Below are positions 61,054-64,000 of a stretch of DNA of 64,000 nucleotides, piece by piece. Origin of the DNA: an uncultured delta proteobacterium (GTDB lineage Bacteria; Desulfobacterota; Binatia; UBA9968); the NCBI GenBank assembly GCA_963745035.1, contig CAVUVW010000011.1:1-64000 (forward strand). The letters run 5' to 3'. Under the pieces are notes generated by a model that saw nothing but the letters and a program-made list of their open reading frames with translations, was not told where the DNA came from and did not search any database. The position numbers and the translations under genes were made by a program. Within the stretch, counting starts at the first letter, position 1. Each line of letters begins with the position of its first letter.

Positions 61054-62541
61054 TCAGCGCCTGCGTGCCAGTTGAATGATCAGCGGCACGATGAGCAGCA
61101 GCAAGGAAATAGCCAGGATCGTCGCGGAGATCGGCTGGGTGATAAATACCGTGGCATCGCCCTGGCTGATGGCGAGCGCGCGGCGCGCTTGGGTTTCGGC
61201 GAGCGGGCCGAGAATCAAGCCGATCACCGCCGGGGCGACCGGAATATTCCAACGGCGCATGACGAAGCCCAGTAAACCGAAGATATAAAGGATGATGAGA
61301 TCGACCACGGACTGGTGCAGGCTGTAAGCGCCAAGAGTGGCAAAAACCAAGATCCCGCCGTAGAGCAGCGGCCGCGGGATCGCCAGTACCTTCACCCAGA
61401 TTCCCACCAGCGGCAGGTTGAGAATTAACAGCAACACGTTGCCGATATACAAGCTCGCGAGCAGGCCCCACACCAAATCTCCCTGGGTTTGAAAGAGCAG
61501 CGGCCCAGGTTGGATGCCGTAGTTTTGAAAAGCGCTTAGCAAGATCGCCGCGGTCGCCGAAGTCGGAATGCCCAAGGTCAGCAAAGGCACGAGCGCGCCC
61601 GTGACGGAAGCGTTGTTTGCCGCCTCCGGTCCGGCGACGCCTTCAATCGCGCCTTTGCCGAACTCTTCCGGATGCTTGGTCAGTCTTTTTTCAGTCGCAT
61701 ACGAGAGAAACGTTGGAATTTCCGCGCCGCCGGCCGGCACCGAACCGAATGGAAACCCGATGCCGGTCGCGCGCAGCCAGGCAGGCCACGAGCGCTGCCA
61801 GTCCTCCTTAGACATCCAGAGCGAGCCTTTAAGTTGTTCCAGTTTTTCTTCGAGCCGGCTGGAGTAGGCGGCGACGTAAAGCGCTTCGCCGACCGCGAAT
61901 AGTCCTACCGCCAGTACGACCACGTCGATGCCGTCGAGCAACTCGGGTACGCCGAAGGCGAAGCGCGATCTGCCGGTCTGACTATCGATGCCGACGACGC
62001 CCAGCAGCAGGCCGAGAAAAAGGCTCGTCAGGCCGCGTGAGGTCGAGCTGCCGATGACGGCCGAGACTGTAGTAAACGCAAAAATCATCAACGCGAAATA
62101 TTCCGCCGGGCCGAATTTTAGTGCCAGCTCGACGACAATCGGCGCGAGCAGCGTGACGAGGATCGTCGCGATCGTTCCCGCGACGAACGACCCGATGGCA
62201 CTTGTCGCCAGTGCCGGACCCGCGCGGCCTTTCTTGGCCATCAAGTTGCCTTCGAGGGCCGTGGCGATGGAGGCGGACTCTCCCGGCGTGTTGAGCAGAA
62301 TCGTCGTCGTCGAACCGCCGTACATCGCTCCGTAGTAAATGCCGGCGAACATGATGAGCGCGCCGGTGGGATCGAGTTTTATGGTGAGCGGCATGAGCAT
62401 CGCCACGGTGAGCGCGGGGCCGACGCCGGGGAGGACGCCGATGAAGGTGCCGAGCGTAACGCCGATGAACCCCCAGAGCAGGTTGATCGGCGTGAGCGCG
62501 ATGCTGAAGCCCTGGAGAAGTGAATTAAGCGCGTCGGGCAT
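61054..62541 (-). CDS. tctA: tripartite tricarboxylate transporter large permease
   Basis: [28 protein letters not shown]. Confidence 0.93.
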   Translation of the reverse strand: MPDALNSLLQGFSIALTPINLLWGFIGVTLGTFIGVLPGVGPALTVAMLMPLTIKLDPTGALIMFAGIYYGAMYGGSTTTILLNTPGESASIATALEGNLMAKKGRAGPALATSAIGSFVAGTIATILVTLLAPIVVELALKFGPAEYFALMIFAFTTVSAVIGSSTSRGLTSLFLGLLLGVVGIDSQTGRSRFAFGVPELLDGIDVVVLAVGLFAVGEALYVAAYSSRLEEKLEQLKGSLWMSKEDWQRSWPAWLRATGIGFPFGSVPAGGAEIPTFLSYATEKRLTKHPEEFGKGAIEGVAGPEAANNASVTGALVPLLTLGIPTSATAAILLSAFQNYGIQPGPLLFQTQGDLVWGLLASLYIGNVLLLILNLPLVGIWVKVLAIPRPLLYGGILVFATLGAYSLHQSVVDLIILYIFGLLGFVMRRWNIPVAPAVIGLILGPLAETQARRALAISQGDATVFITQPISATILAISLLLLIVPLIIQLARRR

Positions 62542-62550
62542 TTGAAGCGA

Positions 62551-63051
62551 TCAAATGCCCGCGCCGCCGAGGATTGGCCGCAGCCAGCCGGCGGGGAGGT
62601 TGACGTTCAAAAATTTTACGAAGAACAGAAATACGACGAGACCCAAGACCAGTCCAATAGCGAGATCCCGCGGTATCTTGGCGCTGCCGAAGCCGCGCGC
62701 AACGCAGGCGAAGAGCACCGCTTGCGCGATCACGAAACCGCCGGTGTGGATCAGCAACATTTGCGCGAATAGGCCGATGCTCACCCAAATGAACGCGCCG
62801 GTATGAAAGGCATGCTCGCCGCGCGCCGCAGGATCATCGGAGATGGCGTTGCGCCATCCGCCGGAAAACGCTTCGATGGCCAGCCAAACGCCGAGCAGGA
62901 TAAGACCGCCAGCGATCACCGCGGGAGCGGCGTTTGGCCCCACGCGCGCGTAACCGCCGGCACTCGACAATTGCGACGCGCCCACCGCCACAGCGATTCC
63001 CAAGGCGAGCACCGCCAAGGAGAGAATCGCCTCCGCGGGCTTGGCTTTCAT
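62551..63051 (-). CDS. tctB: tripartite tricarboxylate transporter small permease
   Basis: About 4-5 TM segments, VGP, LNVNLPAG; between tctC and tctA. Confidence 0.88.
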   Translation of the reverse strand: MKAKPAEAILSLAVLALGIAVAVGASQLSSAGGYARVGPNAAPAVIAGGLILLGVWLAIEAFSGGWRNAISDDPAARGEHAFHTGAFIWVSIGLFAQMLLIHTGGFVIAQAVLFACVARGFGSAKIPRDLAIGLVLGLVVFLFFVKFLNVNLPAGWLRPILGGAGI

Positions 63052-63060
63052 TGGGGCTCT

Positions 63061-63996
63061 CTATTTCTTGCCTTTGATGCCGAGCGAATCGATGATGCCG
63101 GCGATGCGCTTGCTGTCTTCGTCAACGAATTTTTTGTATTCGTCGCCGCTCAAGAAAATAGGCGACCAGCCGAGTTTTTCCACCGTGGCTTTCCAAGCCG
63201 CCGACTCGGTAGCGCCGCGGATGATCTTGATCAACGCATCGCGCTGTTGGGTGTTGATGCCGGGAGCGCCGAATGTGCCGCGCCAATTGGATAGCTCGAC
63301 GTCGAGGCCCTGTTCCTTGAGGGTAGGATATCCGTCCATTTTTGATGGGCTCGACACTGCGAGCGCGCGCATGCGCCCGCCTTTGATCTGCTCGCCGAAT
63401 TCGCCGACGCCGGAAACACCGGCCGTGACGTGGCCGCCGACGATCGCCGCGATCGCCTCGCCACCGCCTTTATACGGCACGTAATTGATTTTTGCCGGAT
63501 CGACACCGGCCGCTTTGGCGACCAGCCCCACAAGATGTGGTCGGTGCCGCCGGCCGAGCCGCCTCCCCAAGAGATGCTGCCCGGATTGGCTTTGAAGGCT
63601 TTGACCAGGTCGCCCAGGTTTTTGTGCGGCGAGCTTGCCGGTACGACGATGATCTCGTACTCGCCGGTGAGGCGGGCGAGAGGCGTCACCTGGTTCAAAT
63701 TTACCGGAGAGTTCTCCAAATAGATGGCCCCGACCATCACCATACCGCCGATCAGAATCGCGTTCGGGATCGCCCTTCGCCGAGTTGATGAATTGTGCAA
63801 GGCCAATGGTGCCGCCAGCGCCGCCCTTGTTGTCGAACTGCACCGAGGAAACCAGTTTCGCGCTCTGCATCGCCGCCGCGAGATTCCTCCCGGTCTGATC
63901 CCAACCGCCGCCGGGATTGGCGGGGATCATCATTTTCAGACTCGGTTGGGCGTGGATCGCGGATGCTGCTGCAAAAAATACGATGAACCACATCAT
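63061..63996 (-). CDS. tctC: canonical TctC with two compensating indels (~63770, ~63533); start may lie beyond window
   Basis: [32 protein letters not shown] (shifted frame), NWRG. Confidence 0.88.
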   Translation of the reverse strand: MMWFIVFFAAASAIHAQPSLKMMIPANPGGGWDQTGRNLAAAMQSAKLVSSVQFDNKGGAGGTIGLAQFINSAKGDPERDSDRRYGDGRGHLFGELSGKFEPGDASRPPHRRVRDHRRTGKLAAQKPGRPGQSLQSQSGQHLLGRRLGRRHRPHLVGLVAKAAGVDPAKINYVPYKGGGEAIAAIVGGHVTAGVSGVGEFGEQIKGGRMRALAVSSPSKMDGYPTLKEQGLDVELSNWRGTFGAPGINTQQRDALIKIIRGATESAAWKATVEKLGWSPIFLSGDEYKKFVDEDSKRIAGIIDSLGIKGKK

Positions 63997-64000
63997 GCTG

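Overview
GC-rich bacterial chromosomal window. The transporter content and N-terminal motifs resemble Candidatus Binatia / deltaproteobacterial soil or sediment MAGs (inference). Contents in order: (1) a decayed attC-flanked cassette region; (2) ten tandem TctC/Bug substrate-binding genes plus one internally deleted copy; (3) an anaerobic-aromatic-type cluster with hcrCAB-like genes, two UbiD genes, two CoA ligases, a NitT/TauT ABC transporter and a TPP enzyme; (4) a liv ABC operon interrupted by a repeat-flanked GIY-YIG gene; (5) metE-like, ABC-SBP and nucleotidyltransferase genes; (6) a trxB-like gene next to a probable 553-aa UxxC selenoprotein that the ORF track splits in two; (7) an orphan pilin; (8) an SDR/amidohydrolase/dienelactone hydrolase cluster; (9) one tctCBA operon. 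Most intergenic gaps hold palindromic or inverted tandem-repeat elements of several families. Three copies of an IS481-family element all sit at the same position of one such repeat. About 15 single-base indels break otherwise intact genes and are probably sequencing errors. Coordinates were counted by eye and may be off by a few bases.
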